A stretch of DNA of 64,000 bases from Geosiphon pyriformis uo1. Lineage: Eukaryota; Fungi; Glomeromycota. How positions within the stretch are numbered: position 1 is the stretch's first letter; every line of letters starts with the position of its first letter. The stretch lies in NCBI GenBank assembly GCA_016748015.1, contig JAAOMT010000269.1:91592-155591 (forward strand), written 5' to 3'. The notes below the pieces were generated by a model. The model had not been told where the DNA came from and made no database searches. It saw nothing but the letters and a program-made list of their open reading frames with translations. Shown in pieces: positions 11,641 through 26,872 of the stretch. The position numbers were made by a program, and so were the translations under genes.

Positions 11641-13385
11641 GTTTGATATTTTTTATAAAGATAATTTTTTAGTTTTAAAAATATTTTTACTTTTTCTGAT
11701 TTTGTTATAATTTTAATTATAAAAAATACTTTAAAAAAAAATCATAAACTTTAACTAATTTTGTAAAATATATACAAAGCTTATAATTTAATTAATTGGT
11801 TTTATTTGTTAAATAGTTTACAAAAATCAAAATATGTAACAAATTTATCTAGTTTTTTGGTAATATTTATAATAACAGAATCAATTACATTATAACTGAT
11901 TTTGTACTAATAAATATTTATAGAGTTCATGATAATTTGGATTAAAACAAAGTTTTTTTTTTTCTTAACAGATTTTTTATAATTTTCTTTTATATAAGAT
12001 TAAAAAACATAAACAGCTTTTTAGATAATATTTTCATTTCAAATTTATGTTTAAAATAAACAAAGTAAAAGATCAAACAGATTTTATATTATATTTGACT
12101 ATTAATATTTTTGTTAATAATACTATTTGGATTAATAATAATTATATTATAATATAGTATATTTTTAATATTATTAATAAATTTTTTAAAATTATAATAT
12201 ATTGTTTAATATTAACAAGACTGTAATTATTTTAATTAATTATCAAATTATTAATATTTTTTGTTAATTAATAGATTACTAATTACAATTGTTAAAAAAA
12301 ATTACATTAATATTTAAATATTTTTCTGTTTATAAATAATTTTTTTAAGTTTAATTTTGTTAAAGCTTATTCTAATATAAAATTTTTTGTTAATATAAGT
12401 TTAAAAAAATTATATCAAATAAACAATTTTTGTATTTGGTTTTTGTTATATTATATCTTATTATTAACTACAAATTTTAATTTATTTTTAATTTTAAAAA
12501 TATATATTAAAATTAAGATATAATAATTCATAAAAGTTTAAAAAATAAAGCAAATTTTTTTAAAATTTTTTTAAATAAAATTTTATATTATTATTTTTTG
12601 TATTATTTTAAATTTTTTAAAACAAATACAAATTAAAAATCCATTTGGGTCTTACTTGTTAAATTAATAAAAAAAAAATTCAAAACAAAATTATATTATT
12701 AATAATATTTTTAAATATTTTTAATATTGTTAATTAGTTTTTTAAGCATAAATTAAATTATGTTATTTTTTTGGTAAATTTTTTTTTATAGTTTTTTATA
12801 ATTTTAATAATACTTTTATTTTAAATATTTTGAATAATTTTTTGTATTATAAAATAATTAATTTTTTGAAAAAATTTGGTATAACTTTTAATAATTACTT
12901 AATTAACAAATATAACCAGATTTTTAAATAAAAAACTTTTATTATTGAAAAAACTAAATTTAAGAATCTTTATATTTTATTGATTTATTGTTATTATTAA
13001 TTTTTTTTAAGTAAAAAATTCATATGTAATTGTTTGATTTTTTGGTTATAGTTTTGGTTATTAAAATGTTTTCAAGTTTTATGATTTATTTATAATTAAA
13101 AATTTAATAGAAACAAAATTGCTGTTTTTATGAATAATTTATTAAAAAAATTAGGCTTTTGTAATATAATTAATAAAACTACAGCATATTTTAATAATTT
13201 GTGTTTTAAATATTAATATTTAGATTTTTGGTTTAATATTATTAATGCTAATTGAATTATAAATTATTTTTTTAATTTTTAAATTTATATTTTTATGTAA
13301 TATAATTAATATTTAGTTTAATAACTAATTAATTTTAAAAACTTATATTTTAAAGCTTGATTTATTGTTGTTAAATATTTATAAT
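11641..13385 (+). mobile_element. Heavily decayed LINE ORF2 relic (RT to RNase H)
   Basis: Colinear with 52585-54430 (GTTTGATATT...ATAATTTTTTAGTTTTAAAAA; TTTGTTAATAATACTATTTGG = decayed FVDDTIW). Confidence 0.65.
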
Positions 13386-16300
13386 TGCTGATAAATTAAA
13401 TCAAAAAAAAATTTAACTTCATGAAATAAATTGAATAAATATGAATTTAATATATAAGATTAATCTTATAAAATATTTTAATCACTTTTTTTTTAAAAGA
13501 TAACTAAAAAATTTGAAGATAAAAAAATAGTTCATACTGTTAACAAATAATATACTGATATTTTTAAAATTTAATATTAAATATTAGATGTATTTTTTTA
13601 GTTATATTTTATTTAATAATTTTTAAACACTATAATTATACAAATTAAAAAAAATAGATGAATATCAACAAATAATTTTTTATTTTTAGATGTTTAGATA
13701 CTTAAAAATAAGAAAAAAATAAATAATAAAAGAAAAATTGAGATAATAGTTATTAATTTATTATTTTAATCATGTTTTTTTATAGCTAAAAAATTTATTA
13801 TCTAAAAATAAAATAACTAATTAGTTTAATAAAGTTTTTTGTAAATAAAGTATATAATATCTAAGATTAAATAAGTTTTGTATTTAAGAAACCAAATTTT
13901 TATATAAAAGTTTTGGCTCTTTTAACAATTATTAAAACTTTTAAAATATTTAATTATATAATATTCAAAATTTCTATTTGTATTTCTAATATTGTTTTCT
14001 TTATAAGTTTTATATTTTCTATAATTTTATCAAGATAATTATAAAGCTTTAATTGTCTTTTATATAATAAGTTTTTGTCTATAAGTAGAATTTTTTGAAT
14101 TGTTTTTTTAATTATAATAAAAACTAAAAATATTGCTGCTGTTATATTTTTAAGCAGATACTTATCTATTTTATTATCAATTTTTTTTTCTAATAATAAC
14201 TTTCTTTAAATTAATAATAGTATAAATTCTATTATTATTAGTTATAATAGTCTGTTTTCTAATAGTTAGAATAGTATTTGAATAATTTTTGATTTAATAC
14301 TCATAAAAAGTATAAAAAGTATTTTAAATATTTTAATCTAAAAAATAATTATTTATGTTGATTAAAGATATCTTTGTTTTGAAAATAATATATTTATTCA
14401 TATCTGATTTTTGCTAATTATTTGGATTGGTATTACTACAACAAATAACCAATTAAATTGTTTGTGATATTTTTTGAGTTTTGTATTATAAACAGAACAA
14501 TTATTAAAAATTGTTCTATATTAATTTTGTAAAATATAAAAATTATTGTTTAAAACTTTATTTATTAAAAAAATTTTTTTTATTAGCTAGAAAATTTATC
14601 TTTATAAATATTGTTTCTGTTTAAACAGTATTTTAAAACCAAGTTATCAATACTTAAAAAATGTATTTTATAGGTTTTTTTTAAGGAGTTAAAAATCATA
14701 CTAAGCTTTTTTTGTAAAATGTTTTTATAATTTTCTATTATAATTTTTTCAAAAAATATTGTTTTAATATTAGTTTCTATTGGTAGTGTTGCTATTTATT
14801 TATAGAGCAAATAAAAAGATTTATAACTTGTTATATTATAATTTACAGTTCTATAAGCAAACAAAACTAAAAACAGTATTTTATCTTATAAATTTATTTT
14901 TTTATTGGTTTTAGCTAAGATTTTACATAAAATTCTGTAAAAATATTCTACTAAGCTATTTGTTTAAGAATAATAAGAAGAAAAAAGTTTATAATATATT
15001 TTTATATTTTTATAAAGTTTTTTAACTAATGTATTAAAAAAAACTCTTTTTTTATTAAATAAAAATTTTTGAAACAGTCATAATAATAAATAATATCTTT
15101 ATAAATAAAATTGACAATAAAGACTATTGTTTAATCTCAAGTAATTCTAGTTTTTACTTATTTTATAAAATAATCAGTAATTGTAATAATATACCTATAA
15201 TTATCAAGAATTATTATTAAAAGTCTAATAATATTTATACCAATTCTGTTAAATAATTGGCCAATAAAAATTAGATATATATTTTTTTTGCAGTTAGATT
15301 TTCTTTTTTTTGACAGATATTACAGATTTTTATGTACTTAATAATATTTTTTCTTAAGATAAATTAATAATAGTAAGTTAAAATTTTTTGGATTGTTTTT
15401 GTTTTTCTAAAGTATTTAACTAATAGATTAGTATACATATTATAAATCACAATTTTTTTTCAAATTTAATAACTCTTTGATAACAATCAAGATTTTTTCT
15501 GTTTTTTTGTATAATTAGTTCTGGCAAGTTAAATAAAAATTTAATTGTTTGCACAAATGTTTTTTTTGCTGTCAAATATAGTTTAGTAGATATTATTTTT
15601 TATTTAAAAATTTTATTAAAGCAAAATAGTTGTCCAAGTTTATTATTGTATTTGGTTAAGATAAAGTTATTAATAATTAGATTGATTTAGTTTAAAAAGA
15701 TTGTATTATTTTTTAGTAATAATTTTAAAGAAAGCATTTGTATTTTAATGATTTGTTTTTTTGTAATATTGTATATTATAATTATATTTATTTAAGTGGA
15801 GTATTTAGCAAATTATTTGTTTGTGTTTAGCTTTTTTTATTATACAGCCAAACCAAAATTTGATAATTTATTACCAAAAATTTGGCACCAAAAAATTATT
15901 TATCTTAGTAATTAATAATTCAAACTACTATTAAACATTTTTGTTTAATAACTAAGTAGTTTTGTTTTGTTGAAAAAAAAATTTACTGGTATAAATTATA
16001 GTATGTTTTTTATTATTTTTATTTTTTTAGAAGAAAACAGCATCAAGTTTAAAATCAAATATATTAGTCTAAAAAATAAAAAGTTGATTTAAATCAGATT
16101 GCTTAAAATAGATTTTATAACTAATTTTTTCTTTAAAGTTTTAAAAACTTTTTGTTAATATGTATTTTAATAATAATTAACAGGTTTTTTAAATAATTAA
16201 TTAAAAAAAAACAATTTTAAAAAAATTTTAACAAATTTTTGATAATAAAAAACCAAACCAAAAAAAAAATGTAAATAAATATTTATTGATTGTTTAATGT

Positions 16301-17493
16301 TTTAGACTTTTTTAGTCTTGGCAGAATCAGAAAAAATTTCATTTTTTGTAATAAAATATTCAAAAAACTGGGTAAATTGGCATTTAAAAAAAGATTTAAT
16401 TGGATTAATTTTAAAACTAGTATTTCTAAGAAGATTAAAAACTTTTTGTAAATGTTTAAAATATTTATTCCAGATTTTTGAATATACTATTATATAATTC
16501 AAATAAACTAAAACAAAGCTTCTATTAACTAATTTAAATACATTATTTATTAAATATTAAAAAATAAAAGAAACATTAATAAAACCAAAAAATAGGATTG
16601 TAAATTCATAAATGTCATATTTTATAATAAAGATAGTTTTTTTTTATTTTTTAAATCTATTTTTATTTGCCGAAATCTAGCAGTTAAATCAATAGTTAAA
16701 AAAAAGTGGTATTTTTAAATTAATTTAGTATTATATTAATTTTGAAAAGTAAATACATATCTTTTTTAGTAATAGGATTTAATTAGTAGTAATTAATACA
16801 AAAGTGTAAAGTTCTATTTTTTGGATATTATTACAACTAAAAAAACTTATTTATTCTTGGTTTTTTGTATAAATTTAAGATTTTTTATCCAGTTTATTTT
16901 TTTTTAATTAAATTTGTTATTGTAGTAATTAAATTAATAAGATTTTTAATAGATAAGACAAGTTTCTTTAGTAATAATAATATGTAGTATTACATAAATC
17001 TATTTAAACCTATTATTTTCTTTTAATATTACTAAACTGTTTTTAACTAGCAAATTTTTAATGTTAGTTTTTTTTTCTTTTAAGGAAAGTTTTTTTTCTT
17101 TTAAGGAAAGTTTTTTTTGTTCTATTACTAAAAATTAAATTTTAAATAATTTATTCTTAAAAAATTTCTGTATTTTTTTATTTTTTTACTGAATATTAGA
17201 TTAATAAGTTCTTAATTTTTGTAATAAATTAAACAAAACATGTATTTATTATTAGAAAAATAAAATAGTTTATTACATCAATATTAAATATAAGAATCAT
17301 ATTACTAATAACTATATTTAATTTTTTTGTTAAATTTTTTTAAAAATTTTATAGTAAGATTAACAGATTAATTTGTTATTTACAATAATTTTTTTTTATT
17401 AGTTTTAATATTATTTTTTGGTTTGTTATTGTTAGTAAAAATAGTGTAAACAAGTTTAACAGTTTTTTTTATTCATTTTTATTTTTATTTTTA

Positions 17494-17497
<4 letters not shown>

Positions 17498-17566
<69 letters not shown>

Positions 17567-20500
17567 TATCATTTTATGAGCGAGATCCAAATACTACCTA
17601 GAACTATACATCAAAGAAATAATCTAAACTAGGCGTGAATCATGTACTGTCTACACATGACCAGCCACTCAAGCCAGTTAGAACAACACTATGCAATTAT
17701 ATTAATTGAAACTGGGTCACCAATACCTGAAAAAAAAGAGCAAAATTTGCGAAAGCCAAAACGGATGCCAAAAGCTTTAGCAACACCAAGCAGTTTAACT
17801 ACACCATCCGAGAATCTCGAAGTTAAACCAGAAATTGAGACAGGAACCAAGCCATCCACCAAGATCAGGCCATTTCTTTCTATGTAAGCACGATGCTTAG
17901 CACAGACCAACCAAATGTCACTCCTGAAAGCAACACAAATAGAGCATACAAAATCAGCAATTTTAATGTCTGCAACTTTGGGAACATGGAAGACAGAAAC
18001 AGCCTCCTAAAGCCATCCTTTAAAAACAAAACCCTTGCAAAGAGTTAAGAACACTAGGAAATCCGAAGTGCAGGCTGACAGCAGCTGTAAAATGCTTGAA
18101 GCAGAAAGAGAGAGACCAGAAAGCACTTTCCAAAAAGACATACAGGATTCCAAAACCCGACAATGAGCCGCATCATCAATAACACAAGAAAACACATGAT
18201 CAGACACCTCTACCTCACCACAATACAGACACAAAACACTAGAGTAACATTTATCATAAACGCATTTTCGAACAGCCACAGGAAGCCGATAGTGCAAGGC
18301 TTTCATGAAATAAGTACGAATATCAGCAGTGTGCTTGCTGGTGAAACCAGTCACCATATGCAAATCAGGGTGTCAAACTCTGGAAGAGGCAAGCCAATCG
18401 ACATCTGAGCACAAATCACCAGCTAGAAACCCAGAACTGAAACCGACCTCCCAGCACACCCAACAGACAGAACAAAAAACATCACGAACAAAGTGTCTAG
18501 AATTGCCTGAAACAATACTACCACCCACCAACAAAAACCGTTCAGCTACACAAGAAGAGAGAAACCAATTAGAGAAAGCTGCAGCATCAGCAATGCTATC
18601 AGCACAATCATTTCCCAACACACCAGAGTGGCCCTTAACCTTGTGCCAGCTAACCTTTAAATTCTTTCTGCATATAACATTTCTAATATGCCAGTGCTCA
18701 ACCCAACACTGATTGTGAAAGTCAGGACATACCAAGTCAACCTCCAACTTGCAAGCATCCAAAGCTGCCTGGCTATCCAAAAACAGACGAACAGAACAAT
18801 CTACAGGTACGCATTTCAGAGCCAATGCTACAGCCTGCAACTCTGCCAAAGTAGATGACATCAGACCCTAAACACAGACACCCAAACCCAAGTTAATGTC
18901 CTCAAAAAAGACAGCAGCCCCGGCCTTACAACCAGTCGTGCCCAAATTTTTTACTGACCCATCCATATACACAAACAAATTATCAGCACCAACCCAAAAA
19001 AGACGATCACATACAGACACAAAACCATTAGAACCACAAATGTCCACAGGGCCAACACCACTCAAGGCCAATGGAGAGGGAGGCGCACCACTGAGAAATG
19101 CAACAGAGTGTCTGAACCACTCAGGAACCGGGCCATGAGGATCCAGTTTCTTTCACCGCTTAAAGGTGTACCAGTCAAAGATATTCCCATGACAATCCTG
19201 AAGCTGATCCACAAAGGCAATGCCATAATACTAGAGAGAAGGCAAGTATTTTAAAAACAGGGATTTGCCCAGAACAGCAGACATAGGCACCCCATTACAG
19301 AACCGAAAAGAGCTGGTCAAGGAGCCACCTAAAGACAAATTGCATTCAAGAAAAACGTGTACTATACCTGACAAGAAATTATTGGAAACGCTGACATGGA
19401 TATGAGCCGGTGAACTCAATGGATAAATGGGGCGCCAGCACAGAACTTGCAAGTTGTGAGACCTGTGACTAAACAATTGACCCAGAACCCTGTAGGAGTT
19501 CACAAAACTAATAAGTGAAGCAATCTTGCTTTCAGACTGATATTGTGAGAAGGACTTCAGACCATAAAAAGAAGGATGATGAATCGTGTCACTAGGAAAA
19601 TCGAGAGGAAGACCAGATTTAAGTTTCAAACCCTTGCGAATCAGAGCATCCCACTTGTCACACACACTAACAAAAACAAAGCTGAACTGTGTCCTATAGC
19701 TAACTATAAGTTGGAGAACTGCCAACACCAGGTACAAGAACTGCTTATTTGAAACTGCTTTCTTTAGAACCAAATTACTGAAAAAATGAACATCTGAATA
19801 TGCTTTAGCCAAACTAGGCTTAAAAAGACCATCAGTTGAGAGAAAGATACCAAAATACTGATGAGATTTGCCTTTTTTGGTTATAGAAATGGGTGAACCA
19901 CTAATAAAAAGAGACGGATTGCTGATCCTGGAATTAATAAGAACGGCCACAGTTTTGTCATTATTGATTGAAATGTCATTAATTCGAAAAAATTCACTAG
20001 TAACATTGAGAATGTGTTGAGTAGCAGCCTGACTGCTGCCAACCCAAATCGTGTCATCAACAAAGGCCCCAGCAGTGAAAAAAGTAGAAAACCCAGCCTG
20101 AGATTCAGCATGACCATTCTTGGAGACAAAATGAGAATTGAGTCTATACCCACACACACTCTTCTGACACTTGACTTCGCACAAAAGAGGATCATAAAAT
20201 ATGTGCCAAAGAAAAAGGGAAAAAACTTCCTCTTGGTCCAACCCATCATGTACACTATAACCATCAGTTAAACTGAAGTCTGTCATAACCCGATTGGTCT
20301 GATTTCTATGAATATTGCCAAAAAAACGAATAAACTTGCCACACATTTTGATCTTGACCAAACACCTCTTGAGATGCTCCCATCCAACAGAGTTGTATGC
20401 CTTCTACATGTCCTGCAACACCAGCCAGAGCTCCCAATTTTTCTCCAAAGCATCCTCCACAACCAAACCAATAACAAAAATAGGAGTCTGGGTAGTAGTA

Positions 20501-20676
20501 CTCTTCAAAACTGAAAAATTATCCCCATGAAGAATATCATGAATACTGCACATCAGCAATATCCTGTTAGAGAGAATCTTAGAGAGGATCTTACAAGCCA
20601 TCTCAATCAAAACTATAGGTCAAGTATTTGTGAGAACACCTTCTCATTCGTATGGCTTAGGGATCATCGAAACCCA
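17498..20676 (-). mobile_element. Relatively young 5'-truncated LINE (RT, RNase H, zf-RVT, 3' tail, ~65-nt poly(A))
   Basis: AFVDD RT motif; RNase H YMDGS/LAELQA/DSQ/KVKGHSG; CLYC...H...C; poly(T) 17498-17563; TSD ATTAC(T)n at 17493 and 20677. Confidence 0.92.
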
Positions 20677-23600
20677 ATTACTTTTTTTATTAACTGATTT
20701 ATCTAATTGGTTTTTTTCTTAATTTTGTTTGAATACTAGAAAAGTTGTTTTAATAACAATACTTAATTATAATGTACTTTTTATTATATCTGATAATTAG
20801 TTTACAGAGTTTATAATTAAGCAGAACTTTTACTTTTTTAAGCTATTTATTGTCAACAATTATAATTTATTTTTTTGCTTTAAAAACTTTCATGTCAGTT
20901 TTAGTACTAATGTTATTAATACAAATAGGAATAGTTTTAGTTATGTTTTAAGCTTTTTTTTTTGTTATTATATATATTGATTATAGACTAAGTTAACAAT
21001 TCATTAATTTTTTTGTTAATTGTTTTCAAAAAGTATTTGGCAATAACATTAATCAATAATTTACTGTTTAAGATTAGGTCAATAAAATAACTAGCCATTT
21101 GGGCTTTACAAATTAAAAAAATATTATTATTATTATTAGCAATTTTAGTTTGGTAAAAACACTTATTAGTTTTTGGTGTTTTTTTTTTGGTATTAAAGAT
21201 TTATGAAAAAATTTTCTGAATTAAGGATAAGTTATTAATTAGTTAAAAGTAATATATGCTAAAGTTTTTATAAGATCTTTGACAACAAAATAGAATTTAA
21301 ATTTTTGTACAATTTCTGAGAATTTCAACTTAGAAAAATTCTTAAAAACTTTGGTTTTTAATAGCTTATTATTATCAGTAATAAAAGTTAAGACTTTATT
21401 GAAATCTAAAATAAAATCAATCTTTGCTTTTTTCTTTTTTCTGGTTAATTTAGAAAGACTAATAATTAAATTATTTATATTATGATTATTATTAATTAAG
21501 TTAAAAACATAAAAAAAATTTTCTTCTAATTGACTTGCATTTTTACTTTTTAAAAGTTTGTTTATTAGTTTAAAGGTTAATAAACAATAGTTTCTATTAA
21601 AAAATTCTTTTTAAAAAAATTAATATTAGTATAATTAAGTTTTTGATTAAAAATATTATTGTTATTAAATCTGTTGTTTTGGTTATCATTGTTTTTAAAA
21701 GTTGAAAAAAGCAATAAAAAATTGTTGTAATCTTTTAAAAAATGTTTTTGATTTTGTTGTTTTTAATATAATAGTTATTAATGCTAATTAAAACAGAATT
21801 CAAATCTAAATTTTTAAAGTTGCTGAATTTTTCTAATTACTTAAACTAAAAGTTTTAATAACCAGACAAGATTAACTATAAGTCAATCTATTAGTTGTTC
21901 ATTAAAATCTTAAGTTTAAACAGCAAATAAAATAGCAGCTATTTGAAATATAAAAACCATAACAAAAACAAGAACAAAAACTATAATTGTAAATTTCAAA
22001 TGTATTTTTTAATTGTTTTCAATTTTTTGTGCAAATTCAATAATCATATTTATAGTAGAGTTATTTCAAAGCCAAAAAAAGCCAAATAGCATATAAAAAA
22101 TTAGTTCTTAATCTTTTTGTAAAGAAATAAATTTTTTGTTCTTTTGTTTAATTTTTTCTAAAATCTATCTACTTAATAAGTTTTTTTATTGTTTTGGCAT
22201 ATTTAATTACAATTTTACCAGAATTTTGAATTTTTTTTTAGTTTTATATACTAGTTGGAAATTAGTATAAAAATTCTGAATTTGTTTTTAAATTAAGTAA
22301 TAAAAAAAGTATTTTTTTTTAATATTTGCTAATACTTATCTGATAACTTTTTAAAAAGTATTAACATTAGTTTTTTATAAAAACCAAATAGCAAAAAAGT
22401 CTTAAAGTAGCCATAAACAATTTAAAATTTATATTTAGCATTATATTAGTTGGTTGTAATTGCTTTTTCAAAATTGTTTAATCATTTAATTAAATCTTGT
22501 ATATTTTTCATAATAATAATAACAAAGTATTATTTTTTTGCTCTAAAGCAGTTTGTATATCTTGAAAAATGGCCAGAATATTTGTTTGTATAAGGTTAGC
22601 AATCATTAATTCAAGAATAACTGTTTGTATAAAAGAGTTTGATTTACTTGAAAAAAAATTAAAAACAAAACCAATTTAATAGCTTTTTTTTTTTGTTTTA
22701 AAAAAAATTTCAACTAATTAATAGACAGTAATTTAAATGTAAATTTGGTGATTCAGATATTTGAAATTAGGAGACTGTTGTTTAAAGATTGTGAAGTATA
22801 AAAGCTAATTAATGTTATTGTTTTTTTCAAGATTGTTTTTAAAATAAGCTAGTCAAAAAAATAGATTGTTTAAACTATATAAACTTAACTAAATGCTTAT
22901 TTAAGAACTAATTCCAAAATTTTTGGAATTGTTTGCTAAATTGTTTTTTAATAAAAAAACAAATCAAACAGGAGAACAAAAAATTAAGTTCAATAAAATT
23001 TAGTTTATTTTTATTGTATACTATAAAGTATTTTTCAAATTATTATACCAAATATAAATAATTACTTATACAATAAAAAATAAAATAAAATTTGACAACT
23101 TTACAGAAAGTATCATAAGTTGAAATAACAAGTTAATAAATAATAAAAGAAAACAAAATTGTAGAATAATTAAATAAATTAAAAAGAAATTCAACTTAAA
23201 AGAGTAAATTTAATAAGTATAAATTTAATATATAAGATTAGTTTTATAATATATCTTAATTACTATTTTTTTCAAAAAATAACCAGAAAATCAAAAGATA
23301 AAAAAATAATTCATATTGTTTTTATTATTATTATAAGGTTTAATAAGTGAAATCCAACTGCTATTTAGTATATAGACTCAAACTAAATAATTCAAATTAA
23401 ATATAGCTCATGCTTTTATTACATATGGCCAGCCATTCAGACCAAACAAGACAATATTACACGTTTATACTAATAAATGTATCACCATCTAAATCTGAAA
23501 AAAAAATGACAAATTTTTTTTTTATTAAAGCTAATAACAAAAGATTTCACAATACTAAGCATATAAATTATTTTATCTAATAACATAGACACCAAACAGA

Positions 23601-26600
23601 AAGACAAGCCTGAAATCAAACTATCATCCTTAACTAATCCAGTCTTTTTTATATCCATTCTGTGCTTAGATTGAACAAGTCACACCTTAGTGCAGAGTAC
23701 AAACTCATGTTTGAAAAACACATAAACAGTGAATGCAAAATAGCAGAAGTAAATAAACAAAAAAAACCAGCCAACAACATCCATCTATTGACAGTCTTAA
23801 CCAAAGTGTTCTTACAGAAACCAATTTTACCAGTACAGATAAAAATATGATTAGACAACTCTATTTTCTTATATAATAAATACAGCACTCCAAAATAATT
23901 TATATCATACAACTTTTTTCTAACTGCTACTGACAATTGTCTATAAATTGCTTTTATCAAATAAGTATGCAGATTAACTGAAACTCTACTAATAAACTCA
24001 GAAAGCATATGTGAGTCAAGATGTCAGACTTTTACTATGGCAGTCTAATCTATTTTCTTAATCAAACCACTTAGAACTATGTTATAATCAGAACTAGCTT
24101 TCCAATAAGCATAACAAATTAACCAGTACAGATTATAAACAAAGTACCAAGTATTGCTAGACACAACCATATTCTTAGCCACCAAAAACCATTCCCAAAC
24201 TTTGTTTAGCAAAGAAAAAAAAGAAAAAGTGGTCTTATTAGTTAATATATCAGCCTTAACATTGCTTGAAATCTCTGAATGTTCTTTAACTTTCACCCAT
24301 TTAACCAAAATGTCTTTATCCTTAATAAGATTAACTATATACAATCTCTCTATCAAACATTGATTGTAAAAATCAGACACAGTGAATAAAGTCTTAGACA
24401 CATAAATATCAATTGCAGATTGGCTGTTCAGATACAAAACCACAGTACATGAAGACAAAACACACTTTAAAGCCAAGATAACAGCTTGTAACTCAACTAA
24501 AGTAGAAGACAAAAGTTTCTTTACTCCAACCCCAATACTTATATTTACTACCAAAAAGTAAGCAGCTGCTCTATATGCTACATCAGCAGAATTAGTACTC
24601 TTTAAGAACTCATCTTTATAGACTTCAATACAATCTGACCAAATCTCTAACAAACTACCACATATTTCAGAGAACTTTTCTGATTTCAAAACATTTAATA
24701 CAGATAACCTGGGATTAACAATAGACTCAACCTCCAAAGAAACATTTTTGCACATAAACTTAGATGTTAGCATAAGCCAGTAAAGAACAAAGCTCTTTGG
24801 ATCTAATCTTTTTTATTATTAAAACGTTTTCCAGTCCATTACCTTCTCTTTTTTGTCTAAAAGTCTGTTATCAAACACAATTCCAAACTGTTTCAAAGAA
24901 AAAACAGAATCATAATATAAAAACTGTCCTAAGATGCCAGACATTGAAAACCTATCAGATTCTTGAAAAGTACTGGGCAAATTGTTCATCAAAAATAACT
25001 TGTTTTCTAAAAAAATCTTTACTACACTAGCCAAAAAATTATTCATTGAACTAACATGTAACTTGACAAAAAACTGTAAAGAATTCAAAGGGGACCATTC
25101 TAAAACTTGTAAATCTAAAAATCTATATTCAAATAAACATCCAAAAATACCATAGACATTGAAAAAAAAACCAGCAAAGCCAACTTTTCTTTAGACTGTA
25201 CTTGCTCAAAAGATTTTAGATTATACAAAGAAAGATGATATAAAACCTCATTGAAAAAATTGCATGGCAAACTATCTTTTATCTTAAAATCTTTCTTAAT
25301 TATAATATCTTATTTGTGATATACATCTGATAAGATGAAACTAAACTGTATTTAATAGCTAACTATGAATTGCAAGACAACTAAAACCAAGTAAGAAAAT
25401 TGTTTATCTGTAATAGTCTTCCTTAGCACCACATTAGAAAAAACCTAACATCTACATAAGCCTAAGCCAAATTAGACTTAAAGAAACTCTCAGTAGACAA
25501 AAAAATACCCAAGTATCTATACAACTCATCTTTTTTAGCAACCAAAATTGGCAGACCATTAATTAATAATAAGGCAGTTTTGATATTTTGATTAATAAAA
25601 ATAGCCACTGTCTTGTTATTATTAATTGAAATATTATTGACATTAAAAAACTCACTGACAATATTTAAAATGTACTGTATAGAAGCTTGACAACTTTTAA
25701 TCCAAATTGTGTTATTAAAAAAAACACCAGCAGCCAAAAAAAAAGTCTTTTCTCCAATAGTCTTAACTCTGCCAGTTCTTGTTACAAACCTAGTATCAAT
25801 ATGGTATTTGCACAAATGTTTATGTCTTTTCACTTTACACAAAAGTGGATTATAGAAAATCTTCCAAAGGAGTGAAGAAAAAATCTCACTTTGGTCCAAA
25901 TTATCATGTATCTTATAATTATCTGAGAGTTCAAAATCTGTCATTACTCTGTTAATTTGATCCTTATAAATACTGCCAAAAAACTTGATAAACCAGCTGC
26001 ACATCTTAATACAGTGCAAACTAGCCTTTAAATAATGTCAATCTATTGAATCATAAGCATTGCACATGTCTCACAACACCAATTAAAGCTCCCTATTTTT
26101 CTTCAGAGTATTTTCAACAATTGACTCAATGGCAAAAATAAAAAATTAAGTCAAAGTACTTTTTAACACTAAAAAATTGCTATCATAAAAAATGTCAAAT
26201 TTATTGTATGTTAATAATATTTAATCAGAAAGAATCTTAGATAAAATTTTCCAGACTGTCTTAATCAATACAATAAACTTAGTATTTATTAAAACACTAT
26301 TCTATTTATAAAGTTTTGGAATTATTAAAACTACATTCAAAGTTAAACAAAAATTCAATAGCTTTAAAAGACAAACCAATATCTTTTTACTATAATGCTT
26401 TCAAAGTTTATTAGATATATTCAACAACTTAGCAGCCTTATCATTCAGCAAATTATTAACAACTAAAAACAACTCCTCCATATTAATCTTTTTTATTACA
26501 CCAGAAAAAGCATTATTATCAACATAATCTAAAGGCATTGTTACGGGATGGTTTTTTTGTTATATTTAATTGCTGATATCCCACTTTAATTGCAATTAGT

Positions 26601-26872
26601 TTTTCGTGAGTTCCTCAATTCTATTTGTGTGATAATGTCATTGTTACACTGAAGGCTTTCTTTTTACTGTTGCGATGTAAGTTATTCTTTAATTCTTGAT
26701 TGTTGTATGTGTTTATGTACTCCTTCTCAGAGGCTAAACTGAAATCTACCCACTGTCTGGGGTTTTTTCTGAGGCTATCCTTGCAATTGCCTGATGTGTT
26801 TCTCTAATCTAGAAACACAGAATGTTAATGGTCTTTAGTGCTTTTCTAATTCTCACAATAAAGCTTTTATCA

